Positions 39,128 through 51,080 of a DNA stretch of 64,000 nt are shown one piece after another; positions within the stretch are counted from its first letter, which is position 1, and each line of letters starts with the position of its first letter. The stretch is from Octopus bimaculoides (lineage: Eukaryota), in contig NC_068981.1 of NCBI RefSeq assembly GCF_001194135.2, positions 135,054,458 to 135,118,457 of the forward strand, given 5' to 3'. The notes beneath the pieces are model-generated. The model saw only the letters and a list, made by a program, of their open reading frames with translations. It was not told where the DNA came from and searched no databases. Both the position numbers and the translations under genes were made by a program.

Positions 39128-40396
39128 TAGAATTGGACATTTGCATTCTTAATTAGAGCTATAACCAACAGTTTTCAGTCAGCCAAACTGTGACAAAATT
39201 AGATGAATGAATAACTATGTTTATAGAAAGTGTTTATTTTGGTCTTTTTTTTTTTCTTTTACAAATATAATTCTTATGTTACTAAATCATTATCATGTTT
39301 AATTTACATCCACTTTCCATGCTAGCATGTTTAACTTACTGATTCAACAGGATCTGACAGATCAGAGAATCATGCCTTGCTCCAAGTTCTCAATTTTGGT
39401 ATGGTTTCTATGGTTGGATATCCTCCCTAACATCACCCACTTTAGAGAATGTACTAGATGTTGTTTTTTTCTCCACTACACCAGTGACATAGAGATTGCC
39501 CTGCACTCAGCAAGGTGAAAGAATGAATATAATCATCCTATTTACATTCATTGACTGTTTTCTATTGCTAGTATTATGAATTTTTACACGACTGGTAGAA
39601 TTGGTAGTGCCACAGATGAAATGCCTGGTGTTACATCTGTCTTCGTTCATAACTGCTTCATTCATCACAGATTGAGTAACATGAGTATACTCAGTTTTGA
39701 ACTGTGTTTCATTTATCCCATTGATCTGTGATAACACGATAACCTGTGTGTGTGTGTATGTACACATTTATAGCATCAACATAAACTCATGAGTCAAGTC
39801 TTCTGCTTGGACTGCAAAAGCACACCACAGCAATCATCCTCAACGCTTGGGATCTTGGAACAAAACCTATTTTTTCTCACATGTCCTATTATTTATTGAT
39901 CAGTGATTCTTTTAACATGGTGTTTTTGCTTGTTGTTGCTTTTTTTTTTTTTAACCAAATACCAGTGATAAATGAGGATGGGTGTATTTACCTAATGTTG
40001 CTTTCGAGCCTGGGTTAATATCTTTTCAGGAATAATGAAGTATGCACCAGTCAAATACTGTGTGGTCAGTGGATATAATCGATGTTCCCCACCCTAAATT
40101 TCAACCCTCATGCCTAAACTAGGAATTGGCACGATGGCAAGTCAATGACAGAACCTCTGTGCAACTAGATTCTCATCAAAACCATGTCTTGCTATCTTAA
40201 AAAGCAAGGATATTTTGGGTACAGTGTCAGGAATGGTTTGAATCATTGGTCAACTTGATCAGAGCTGATCTGAGGAGATGGTGGTGGTGGTAGTGGCAGG
40301 GAAAAAAACAACAGCAGCAACAACCAGAATTGTGAACTTTTACCTTTGTGTTAATGAAATGTTTTAGTAAACTACTATTATTTGTTATTTTTCAAG

Positions 40397-40480
40397 CTAC
40401 CAGAACATCATACTGGCCATGCAGCAGCAGCAACATCAGAAAATACAAAGAAACAAAATGAGGTTTCTCAAAATGAACCT
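40397..40480 (+). CDS. SUCO: SUCO coding exon: LPEHHTGHAAAATSENTKKQNEVSQNEP
   Basis: tttgttatttttcaag acceptor; CCT|gtgagt donor at 40481; 84 nt, phase 0/0, open frame. Confidence 0.8.
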
Positions 40481-40972
40481 GTGAGTATTTTTCACAATTA
40501 TTTCTGATACTTATTTGTTTATATCCTTTATTAAATATGCTGCATTTTCTTAGTAATTTTTTTTTCTGTTTTTGTTTTATTTTAATCACAGATCTCTAAA
40601 TTAGAATTTAATACAGACTCCTTGTTGTGTTGAAACTGATAATGTTAAAATCTTTGATTTGCTAAGTAGACTGTATTTTCCAAAACTTTAAATACAATAT
40701 TTAAAACATCGAGCTAGAAACCATCAGTGCAATATCTTATCATTAAATTAGTTATTGCACATTTCTCACTTGCTATAATAGTATTCTTTTACTAATATAT
40801 ATGTATGTGCAATTGTATCTGTGATGTTTGGTTCAGTTCCACTGCACAGCACCTTCGCCAAGTATCTTCTACTAGACAATACTTGCCCAAGGTATACACT
40901 TACCCTAGGTATTGAGATTATTATTAACTATTTCTATGAAAATATTTTTAACGGTGTTTAATGTCTTTTCAG

Positions 40973-41073
40973 AAGGATTCAGAAAATAAACACAGTGAAA
41001 CACCAGAGAAAGAAATTGAAAAGAAAACTGAGCCAGAAAGTGACCAATCTAAGGAGAATCTTGAACATAGCAA
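40973..41073 (+). CDS. SUCO: SUCO coding exon: KDSENKHSETPEKEIEKKTEPESDQSKENLEHS(K)
   Basis: gtcttttcag acceptor; CAA|gtaaga donor at 41074; purine-rich exon-like composition; phase 0/2. Confidence 0.82.
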
Positions 41074-41164
41074 GTAAGAGGACTTTTATATATAAAAATC
41101 TGCTACAATTATATTGTGTTAACCTTTTAGCATTTAAACTGGCTAGATCCAGCCCCAAATATTT

Positions 41165-42321
41165 GGATTGAGTCTTTCTCATTCGCAAAATGAGCCCCAC
41201 TTAATTTTGCTCAGATTGCTTTCAATTTTGGTGTATCGATGCAACTCTGAATTTTGATTACAATCAAGCAGTTACTTTATCTCGTAAATTAAAGAATCTG
41301 ATGTTATTTGGAATTAAAGTTTGGAAATTTGGGTAATTTTAGCCGATCAACAGACAGCGTGGCATTAGCAGCTTGTTACTATGACAACTGCAAGCTGTGT
41401 TGTGGTTCGCTGTTGTCTATGTTGATTTTTCACACTTAGTATTTTTACATATTTTTCATTTCAAATATTTTTGGGACTCATTGACTCAGATAGCCGGATT
41501 TATGATTTCACTAGGTTGATGCTATTCATAAAAATTTAAATTAGGAGTATTTCTTAAACCGTTAGCTTCACATTTCAACAGCTTCACTGAAATTTAGCAC
41601 ACTTAACAGGAACTGAGAGAGATATCATGGAACAGAGAAACTGTGGGTGATACAGATAATTTGACATTATTTTTGAATTCTGCATGCAAAAACATACAAG
41701 ATACAGGTATTCTTTTCCTTGGGACAAATTCTTTGTTGACCAGTGTTATTCTTATTGTAGTTTACAAATCCAAGCATGGAAACATTACTCAACTTTGGAG
41801 TTTTGGAGACAGCCCCCCCCCCCTCTCTCTCTCTCACACACATATATTAATGATGTACATAAATACATGGCAGGTATACATGATTGATACTGAAGTACGC
41901 ACAAAGTAAACACATGCAGACAGATGTATTAATATAACAAATTTTTTAAAATGATAAAAACGTACAATCAATGAAGAGACAAAAGAAACAGTAAGATGAT
42001 ACATGTTGATTTTATTAGGTATTTATGTTTATTTAGAAACCTACAATGAACAGGTCAGACGCTAAACTAAAAAAATTCACAGGGTACAACCATAAAGTTG
42101 ACACCACCCTGCTAAATGCAGAAAATTTCTGTCTCACTATTAGCTAAAAATACCCAGTTTTTTCTATCTTAAACCTCTGTGACTTTTTTCCCCAGTTTTT
42201 TTCCTCCACATCATACCTTCAAATCAATGAGACTAGAAGGCTACATTATTATAACTGATTTTCAGATTTTTTACTTCCTTTTAAAAAATGCATATTTTGC
42301 GAATGAAAAAAAGCGAGATCC
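41165..42321. mobile_element. ~1.16-kb non-autonomous DNA transposon with GG...CC termini (superfamily uncertain)
   Basis: Imperfect ~28-bp TIRs (ggattgagtctttctcattcgcaaaat vs reverse complement ggatctcgctttttttcattcgcaaaat); TSD aaatattt (41157-41164) / aaatattc (42322-42329). Confidence 0.75.
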
Positions 42322-42496
42322 AAATATTCAACTTGTTTCATGTTCAGAACAGCTAAATCTGGCCTTTCACACCTACTCTAAAATGCCATTCTAAAGATAG
42401 ATATAGTCACCTCATTGAAGTCTTGAAGCTATGAAATAATGTATGATAAATTCAAAAATTTGTGAATAAATAAGCATTAAACGTGACAGAGTAATC

Positions 42497-42895
42497 ATCA
42501 TCATCATTTAACATCTGTTGTCTATGCTGGCATGGGTTGGCACGCTGGAAGGTTGCACCAGGCTCCAGTCTGATTTGGCATGGTTTTCTATGACTGAATG
42601 TCCTTCCTAATGCCAACCACTCCAAAAGTTTAATGGGTGCTTTTACGTGCCACCAGCACAGGTGCCATTTGCATAACACCAGGGCGCATTTACGTGCCAA
42701 TTTGTGTGGAACAGGGGTGTGTTTACGTGCCAATTTGTGTGATACCAGTATCTGCCACAACTGCGATTTTGCTTAGCTTGATGGGTCTTCTTCTCAAGCA
42801 TGACATAATGCCAAAGATCTTGATCATTGCCTTTATGAGGCCCAACACTCGAAAAGAACCCAGCCACCTTGCCTCTGTGAGGCCCAACACACTTT
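42497..42895 (-). mobile_element. Family C GAT-tailed SINE-like element with TSD
   Basis: (ATC)n tail at left; 7-bp TSD agtaatc at 42490-42496 and 42896-42902. Confidence 0.85.
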
Positions 42896-43495
42896 AGTAA
42901 TCTGAATACTAAAGGGTTAATCAGAGCAAAACAAAAGGAGCCCGTTCCTAAATCCTATTATTCGTATATTTTTGGGGCCTTCATCCATCAAACTTATTCA
43001 CCTACCCATACCACTTCTCTCTTGTTCACTTTCCTGTAACTTAAGGATACACTCTGACATACCTTCACCACCATTCTCTTTCTTTTCCAACTGGGGTAAC
43101 CATCTATCTCCCCTACATTAAGACACCTGTTTCTGTACCTCCATCATCCCTTTCATCACCTGGTATAAAGCCACCTCACCCACTTAATACTACTAACCAC
43201 TCAGTTAAGGGTGTCAAATCTTTTCAAGTCATTTGGTAACTTCACTGGTGCTGGTGCCATGTAGAAAGCACCCAGTACACCTTGTAAAGTACTTCACTTT
43301 ACAAAGGGCATCCAGTAGATACCATGCCGAAGTAGACATTGGGGCTTGATGCAGTCCTTGACCCTGTTAGATCCTGTCAAACCATCCAACCCATGCCAGC
43401 GTGGAAAACAAACATTAAATGATGATAATTTGACAAGAACAAATATATACATTATTTACATTTGACGAATATTTGTCCTCATCTTGTTTGTTGTT

Positions 43496-43541
43496 AACAC
43501 AACGTTTTGGCTGATATACCCTCCAGCCTTCATCAGGTGTC
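43496..43541 (-). ncRNA. Minimal type I hammerhead ribozyme motif, probably inactive (G12>A)
   Basis: Minus strand: GACAC CUGAUGA A GGCUG gagggUaUaU CAGCC AAA ACGU U GUGUU. Stem I GACAC/GUGUU, stem II GGCUG/CAGCC, palindromic ACGU stem III. The core GAAA reads AAAA here but GAAA in copy 1 (19081-19084). Confidence 0.65.
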
Positions 43542-43621
43542 TTGGCTGGAGGGTTTATCAGCCAAAACGTGTTAACAACAAACAAGATGAGGACAAATAT
43601 CCGTCAAATATAAATAATGTA

Positions 43622-43784
43622 GGCGTAGGAGTGGCTGTGTAGTAACTAGCTTGCTTATGAACCACATGGTTCCGGGTTCAGTCCCACTGCGTGGCACCTT
43701 GAGCAAGTAACTTCTACTATTGCCTCGGGCCGACCAAAGCCTTGTGAGTGGATTTGGTAGACAGAAACTGAAAGAAGCCCGTCG

Positions 43785-43863
<79 letters not shown>

Positions 43864-44066
43864 TTGTGTGTCTGTGTTTGTCCCCCCAACATCGCTTGAC
43901 AACTGATGCTGGTGTGTTTTCATCCCCATAACTTAACGGTTCGGCTAAAGAGACCGATAGAATAAGTACTAGGCTTACAAAGAATAAGTCTTAGGGTCGA
44001 TTAGCTCGACTAAAAGGCGGTGCTCCAGCATGGCCACAGTCAAATGACTGAAACAAGTAAAAGAGT
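43622..44066 (+). mobile_element. Young full-length CORE-type tRNA-derived SINE (family A) with 15-bp TSD
   Basis: A box tggctgtgtagt, B box ggttcagtccc, ggcaccttgagcaagt core, internal (TG)n, aagtaaaagagt tail. TSD aatataaataatgta (43607-43621) / aatgtaaataatgta (44067-44081). CpGs are largely intact. Confidence 0.93.
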
Positions 44067-46003
44067 AATGTAAATAATGTACATAATTCCTCATCTCTTA
44101 AATATAGAACTGAACAAGTATATAGATTTTCATGAGCCAACAAGTGAGTTCCTATGCAAGCATTTAGCCTGCTAGAAATAGTAACCTAATCTTAAGTTAC
44201 ATTCTGTTAAGAAATTGGCCAAGCAATTAAGATTTGCTCAAAGTTCAGATTTATGCAATAATGACAGTTATCAGAAGGTGACATTTATGTTTTCTTCAAG
44301 TTGGTTTTATTGATTTTTAACACTATCAAGCCTTGTGTTTACATTAACTCTGGAGAAAATGTTATGCCACACATACTCTGACAATTGTCTTTCTTGTATA
44401 AACCTGAACTTTGAGCAAATCTAAGTTGTTATTTAGCCACTTGTAATATTACTATTAGTAGTGGTGGTGGTGGTGTTGATAGTAGTATTTAGAGTACCTT
44501 GGACCAAATTGTCTTTTTCCTTTTTGCTAATGATACAATTTGGAGGGTATTTGGCTGCTGTTTCTTTCCCAAGTAATTAACAATGTAAAATTGTTCCCAT
44601 TAGAAATCAAAATCAGTGACTGGACTGATCTTTAAAAAAAAAAAAACTGTTTTGATGACAATAGTGGTGGCAGTGATGAAAGCAGCTCCTCCTACTCCTC
44701 CTCTTTCTTAGAGACAAGACAAATTTTGTGAGGGATAAAGGGAATAGATAAATGCATAAAATAAGATTTTGGACATATGGATATACTTTAATTTCACCGT
44801 TAGTCAAACCAAGTGATGGATAAAGTTTCCTACCCAACTAACAAGAATAAATACCGCAATCATCTAGCCCAGCATTCTTACAGTTCTACCAATCCATCAC
44901 GTTCTCATGAGTGCATGCGTGGCTGTGTAGTTAAGAAGTTTGTTTTTCAAACCTCATGGTTTTGTGTCTCCTTGTCTGGACATTGCATAATCTTTGTAAA
45001 TGAATGTCATTCATTTCCAATATTCTGTGAAAAAGTGTCTGACCGTAAGGAAATATTACTTTGCTTGGAAATAGGTATGGGTTGGTGGCAGGAATGGCAA
45101 TGCAGCCATAGAAAATATGCCTCAATAAACCTTGCCTGACCCATGCAAGCATGGAAAAGTGGACATTAAAACAACAATGATGATGATGAATGAAATGAGA
45201 AATAAGGAAAGCTTCTAACAATGCAGAAAGTTTAAAAAGGCTTTATATTTCAGGCACAGAGGCCTGTATTCAGAAGAATACAGTCAAAGAAATAAGTATT
45301 TACATAAAGCCAGCCATTTTGGATAGTCTGGTGTTTGAGTTATCAGCAGCAGCAACTCCCCATATGTTGGTGTAGGAGTTAGCAACAGTAACTCCCCAGC
45401 TGTTTGGTGTAGTCAGTGTCAAAGAGGTCTTGTTGGGACGGTATGATGACGTCACTCTGAATTGATACCTTTTTTTTAATCCCCATCTTCTGAAAGGATG
45501 AAAGGCAGAGAGGACTTTGGCAAAACTGGGAATGCAGAGTGTTGGAACAAATATTTCGAGGTGTTCTGTCCAACATTCTAACAATCCTGTCAGTTCACAG
45601 TTTTAAGCAAGATTCTCGAAATGCATGAGATTTCTGCTGATGTATGATAGGTTGTTGGGGATTCACTACAATATATCCCTGGTGGAGAGAGAGATCCATA
45701 TTTCTGATAAAACAAACTGACTACCTGGTAAAGCAGATGTATTTATTCTGCACATCTGTAATTTTCTCATATGTATATAAAATAAGTTAAAATATTGCTT
45801 GACACCCACTGTAATTCAATTCAATGTCATTGCATGCAATATAATATATTTGAGTTGCAGTAAAGCCAAGAAAACTGTCTGGATTATTTAAATAGAATTT
45901 TCCAGTATATTTCATCAGTTCTATACTATCTCTGATTGGTCATAAGTCAGTCAACATACATATCAAGCTTCTTGCTCGATTGTAACATATTGCACTTTGT
46001 TGT

Positions 46004-46590
46004 TGTTTAGCTCTGGATTAGCTCAGATCAAGATGACTTATGATCAAAGCCAATCCAGCTGTGGCCATCCCATACCATCTTTTTCGTATGTGCTAAGAAC
46101 CCAGGACCACTTTATCCAACATATCTTTGTCTTAGGTGCGAGGGATATTAGGCTGTTACTTCTAGCATATCAAGCTGCCACATGGAAGCTCCCTATCATT
46201 GTTTAGCTCTGGGTTAGCTCAGATCAAGATGACTTATGATCAAAGCCAATCCAGCTGTGACCATCCCATACCATCTTTTTCCTATGCGCTAAGAAACCAG
46301 GACTACATTATCCAACATATCTTTGTGAGGGATATTTGGCTGTTATTTCTAGCATATCAAGCTGCCACATTAAAGCTCCCTATCATGGTTGTTTAGCTCT
46401 GGGTTAGCTCAGATCAAGCTGACTTTTGATCAAAGTCAATCCAGCTGTGACCATCCCATCCCATCTCTTTCCTATGTGCTAAGAACCCAGGACCACATTA
46501 TCCAACATATCTTTGTCTGAGGTGTGAGGGATAGTTGGCTGTTATTTCTAGCATATCAAGCTACCGCATAGAAGCTCCCTATCATTGGTT
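46004..46590 (-). repeat. Three head-to-tail copies (~190-200 bp) of a CAA-tailed dispersed repeat (family E)
   Basis: Units start at ~46004, 46201 and 46391 (gtttagctctgg..tagctcagatcaag..gaagctccctatcat). Single dispersed relatives lie at ~7735, ~15150, ~21780, ~22640, ~34600 and ~58310. Confidence 0.9.
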
Positions 46591-47801
46591 CATGTTGCAC
46601 TTGATATATGAGAATGGTGTGTCAAAGTCCCAGTTATTGCTTCGTTTCACTCTGGAGAATTAGCAGGGGAATACTTGCATCTGCTGTTTAATTCTTGAAC
46701 AGAGTAACTGAAGCTTGGCAATCAAATATCCCTGCACATATAGTGTCTCGAGAAAGGATGTGTGTTCTTGATTTAGAATCTCAGCTCCTATTTCTTTGAT
46801 TTATATAATACTAATGATAGTACTTGATATTGGATACAGCATAAATAATGACTAAATGTGTAAATAAATGATACAAGAAATTAGTTTTATAACTGCAGGA
46901 AATAGTAAATTTTCTTGTCGGTCATTCATCTTCTGGACTATCCTTTGTTGTTTAACAATATGTTACTCAACAGTTGCTATGGTTTGACAATTTTATTTTG
47001 TAAGCATCATTACAACTTGAGAATTTTATTTGTAAGCTAACCCTACTAGTGCTGGTGCCACAAAAAAAAAAAAAAAAAAGAAGCTTTCTGTAAAACACAG
47101 TTAGCTGGAAGTAAAGAAAAGTTCTTTCTCACACAGGGCTGGTTTCCATGGCAAATATAAATTCCCTACTTGGATGGGATACTGGTCAGCTGCAGGATTA
47201 TTAATTTCTGCCAGCTGAGTGAACTGGAGCAACGTGAAATGAAGTGCTTTGCTCAAGAACACAATGCGTCACCTGGTCCAGGAATTGAAACCACAATCTT
47301 ACTATCACGAGTCCAATACCCTAACCACTAAGCCATTGTTAGACTGTCAGACAAAATGCTCAGCAGTATTTCTTCTAGTTTTTCACATTCTGAGTTCAAA
47401 TTCTGCCAGAGTTTCTTTCCATCCCTTTGGGGTCGGTAAAACAAAGTATCAGTCAAGTACTAAAGCTGCTGCAATCAGCTTGCCTCCCCCTTGCACAAAA
47501 TTGCTGGCCTTGATACCCTGCAACTGACCGGCATGCCATTCTGGGGGAATGTTGTGATGGGTCTCAGTCACTTATGCTCCATGGAAACAAGGTTACTGAT
47601 CTTATGAATCCTGGGGCTTGAGAAAAAAATAAATGGAAAAAAAAAACAAAAAAAAACACTCTAAAGTGGTTAGTGTTAGGAAGGGCTGGTTCTAGAAACC
47701 ATTCCATAACTGAGACTGGAACACAATGTGGTCCTCCAACTCATGCTGACATCGAAGGCTAATGTAAAATGCTGATGATGCAGTTGTAATCATCATCATC
47801 A

Positions 47802-48076
47802 TCATCGTTTAACGCCCGCTTTCCATGCTAGCATGGGTTGGACAATTTGACTGAGGACTGGCGAACCAGATGGCTGCACCAGGCTCCAATCTAATCTGGC
47901 AGTTTCTACAGCCTGATGCCCTTCTTAATGCCAACCACTCCGAGAGTGTAGTGGGTGCTTTTACGTGCCACCGGCACATGGGCCAGTCTGGTGGTACTGG
48001 CAACGGCCATGCTCAAATGGTGTTTTTTATGTGCCACCTGCACAGGAGTCAGTCCAGCGGCACTGGCAATGACCTC
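47802..48076 (-). mobile_element. Young family C GAT-tailed SINE-like element (runs into N gap)
   Basis: catcatcatcgtttaacgcccgctttccatgctagcatgggttgg tail with CpGs retained; body ..cttaatgccaaccactccgagagtgtagtgggtgc. Confidence 0.85.
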
Positions 48077-48337
48077 NNNNNNNNNNNNNNNNNNNNNNNN
48101 NNNNNNNNNNNNNNNNNNNNNNNNNNNNNNNNNNNNNNNNNNNNNNNNNNNNNNNNNNNNNNNNNNNNNNNNNNNNNNNNNNNNNNNNNNNNNNNNNNNN
48201 NNNNNNNNNNNNNNNNNNNNNNNNNNNNNNNNNNNNNNNNNNNNAGTTTAGTGTAATATTTTAAAAAATTTAAGTTGATATATGGTTGTGTTGGTATGTT
48301 GTCATATTTAGAAAATAAATCTGTTTTTATTGTCTAG

Positions 48338-48490
48338 ATCTGAACATTCCGAAAAAATTCCTCCTGTAGTTGTTGAGGTAATACCGTCCAAAGTTTCAAC
48401 TGAACAAGCCTCTTCTGAATCAACTATGACAGTGAGCAGTCCAGAGTCTACAGCAGACAGCACAAAACAAACAGAAGAAACAGAAGCAAG
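48338..48490 (+). CDS. SUCO: SUCO coding exon: SEHSEKIPPVVVEVIPSKVSTEQASSESTMTVSSPESTADSTKQTEETEA(R)
   Basis: tttttattgtctag acceptor; AAG|gtaagc donor at 48491; 153 nt, phase 2/2; S/T/E-rich like the SUCO luminal N-terminus. Confidence 0.85.
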
Positions 48491-49393
48491 GTAAGCAACA
48501 TTTATTTTATTGTTGTTACTTGGGGCAATGGTTGCTTGTGCTGGACCAACCATGCTCTTTGTCACACGCATGCACATGAAAATGAAGCCTTCATTAATGA
48601 TCAAACAACTTGTTAAATGTTATGGGACATTGAAATTTTGATTTTAACTTATTTCTCTCTCTCTCTCTTCCTCCCCCACTCTCAAGAGGCCTTATTTGTT
48701 ATGTTCTCTTTCTTTTCTCCCATCCTGTGCATCATTTTTCTCTCACTGTTCTCTCCTCTCATGCCTACCCACATGAACCCCCCCCCNNNNNNNNNNNNNN
48801 NNNNNNNNNNNNNNNNNNNNNNNNNNNNNNNNNNNNNNNNNNNNNNNNNNNNNNNNNNNNNNNNNNNNNNNNNNNNNNNNNNNNNNNNNNNNNNNCCCCC
48901 CCCCATGCCTTTCCCCCCTTCAATGACTCCAGATTTTGTGCCAACCTTCTTTGCTTCTACCTTTCTCATTCTCTTCTTCTTACACTGTTCATTCATACCT
49001 GTCCTTATAATGTAGGATAACCCTAGACGCACCCTATACCAGCCAGCTTATCACCTTTTTGCTCTGCCCCTTTCTTTCTCACTAACATCTGACTTCTATC
49101 ATTTTTCATTTTCATTTTATCTAGTTTCAGCTCATGAGCTGTGGCCATGCTGGGGCACCTTCCTCTGTTACGCTTTTCACTACCATCCTCTCACAACTAT
49201 AAATCTGTTCCTCTCATTGTATTTATCCCCTCTTCTCACCCTGTCTAGAATCATCTCACCCTCTCTCTTCTATCCTCCTTTACTTGTAGACACCACTTTA
49301 AGCCTCTAACAAGTCTTGCAAATTATAAGGCAACCAGGAAAAAAGCAGCCAGTACACTCTGTAAAGTGGTTGGCATCAGGAAGGTCATCTGAT

Positions 49394-50085
49394 GGAATTC
49401 TGCTTTAAGTACCCCGATATAAGCCCTCGTAACTCAGTTTTTGGAATTTTCAGGAAAGTTTTGCAAATTTGTGTTTTACACATAGGAATTCATATGATTA
49501 TGCAAAAACAAAACAAAAAAAAATTTGGTGCATGATTTAAGGCCTATTTAGTTGTTATTTTTAGCACATCTCATTTGTTTGTCAGTTTGACATGTTGATG
49601 TCTTTCAATATCTTTCTCTTCATAAACACATTTATTGCTGGGATTTAGGCCAAAAATTTGAATTGCCTGTATTTTAAACTGTGATTTNNNNNNNNNNNNN
49701 NNNNNNNNNNNNNNNNNNNNNNNNNNNNNNNNNNNNNNNNNNNNNNNNNNNNNNNNNNNNNNNNNNNNNNNNNNNNNNNNNNNNNNNNNNNNNNNNNNNN
49801 NNNNNNNNNNNNNNNNNNNNNNNNNNNNNNNNNNNNNNNNNNNNNNNNNNNNNNNNNNNNNNNNNNNNNNNNNNNNNNNNNNNNNNNNNNNNNNNNNNNN
49901 NNNNNNNNNNNNNNNNNNNNNNNNNNNNNNNNNNNNNNNNNNNNNNNNNNNNNNNNNNNNNNNNNNNNNNTTTCATAGTTGTAAGAAATTCTCATGTAGA
50001 ATACAAATTCACAAACACTTTTTGAAAATTCCAAGAAATAAAAAAATTATGAGGAGTTTATATGGCATGCTTAAAGCAGAATTCC
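49394..50085. mobile_element. Non-autonomous DNA transposon with ~90-100-bp imperfect TIRs (centre in N gap)
   Basis: Left ggaattctgctttaagtacc..ttggaattttcagg..aatttgtg; the right end's reverse complement is ggaattctgctttaagcatg..ttggaattttcaaa..aatttgta. It interrupts a family C element; no clear TSD. Confidence 0.7.
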
Positions 50086-50228
50086 GACAGGCATCTTGCT
50101 ACAGAAACCATACCAAAAGAGACATTGGCGTATGATGCAGTCCTCTGACTCAGATCCTGTTGAACCGTCCCACTCATACCAACATAGAAGATGAACTTTA
50201 AATACTAGTGATGAGATATATATATGTC

Positions 50229-50264
<36 letters not shown>

Positions 50265-51080
50265 TGCACGCACGCACGCACACACACACATACACATCAC
50301 CTGGTAAAGACAACTGACCTGCAAGAGCCCTGTGCTGGTGCCATGTAAAAAGCACTGATGCAAGTGCCGTGTAGAAGCACTTGTGTGGTGTCACGTAAAA
50401 GCACCCAACACACTCTGTAAAGTGGTTGGCGTTAGGAAAGGCATCCAGCCGTAGAAACCATGCCAAATCAGACTGGAGCCTGGAGCAGCTCCCCAGCTTG
50501 CCAGCTCAGGTCAAACCATTCAACCTATGCCAGCATGGACAATAGACATTTGATGATAATGATGATGACATCAGGCTTCTGGACAGTCTTCATCTACCAA
50601 ATTCCATCAACAATATATTGGTCAGTCCAAGACTCTTGTACCAGCAGGTATAGAAAGGATTTTGCTATTTTGGATGGTACTATATTGCTGTAGCTTATCT
50701 CTTCACTAATGTGACTTTGAACTAGAAGTGGTACTGATTGTCAATTAATGAGATGAAAGGCAAACTTAGTACAGTGGGTTGTTGGGGTTTAGGTGAGGAG
50801 AAGAGAGAAAGGTTGCAATGGTTTTCCCATGCTGTCATGGGTTGAACAAAACTTATTGAGTCAGTATTCTGTGGGCAGATGTTCTTACTGATATTGATCT
50901 TTATTTGTTTTTTAAGTAAGGTGATTCCACTGGCCTGCAGATATTTGATTGGCACTCTGTTGGTTTCCAGTTGGTTTAATCAATGGAATGTCTTGTTTGT
51001 TAAATTCATGTGCAAGTAGCTAAGCACTCCACAGACACATGTACCCTTAACATAGCTCTCAGGGATATTCAGCGTGACAC

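Larger units (their letters stand above)
41123..42916 (+). mobile_element. piggyBac-type MITE shell carrying two nested insertions
   Basis: TTAA (41119-41122)|ccttttagcattt ... aatactaaaggg|TTAA (42917-42920). Removing 41165-42329 and 42497-42902 leaves a sequence collinear with the MITE at 53804-54022. Confidence 0.85.
43448..44112. mobile_element. Penelope-like pLTR palindrome, copy 2 (interrupted by SINE 43622-44066)
   Basis: Arms 43448-43528 and 43545-43621; the tail cataattcctcatctcttaaatatagaac resumes after the SINE; same family as 18992-19167. Confidence 0.75.

Noticed and set aside
43622-43700. tRNA-like heads with A/B boxes (many copies)
   Set aside because: No cloverleaf or anticodon arm; each continues into SINE core and tail, so they are SINE heads and not tRNA genes.
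45440-45470. ATGATGA...CTGA resembling C/D-box snoRNA motifs
   Set aside because: The boxes are only 7 nt apart, far too short for a snoRNA, and ATGATGA is ubiquitous in GAT tails here.
48308-48604. 98-aa minus-strand ORF (also 51689-51919)
   Set aside because: Antisense shadow of real SUCO exons.
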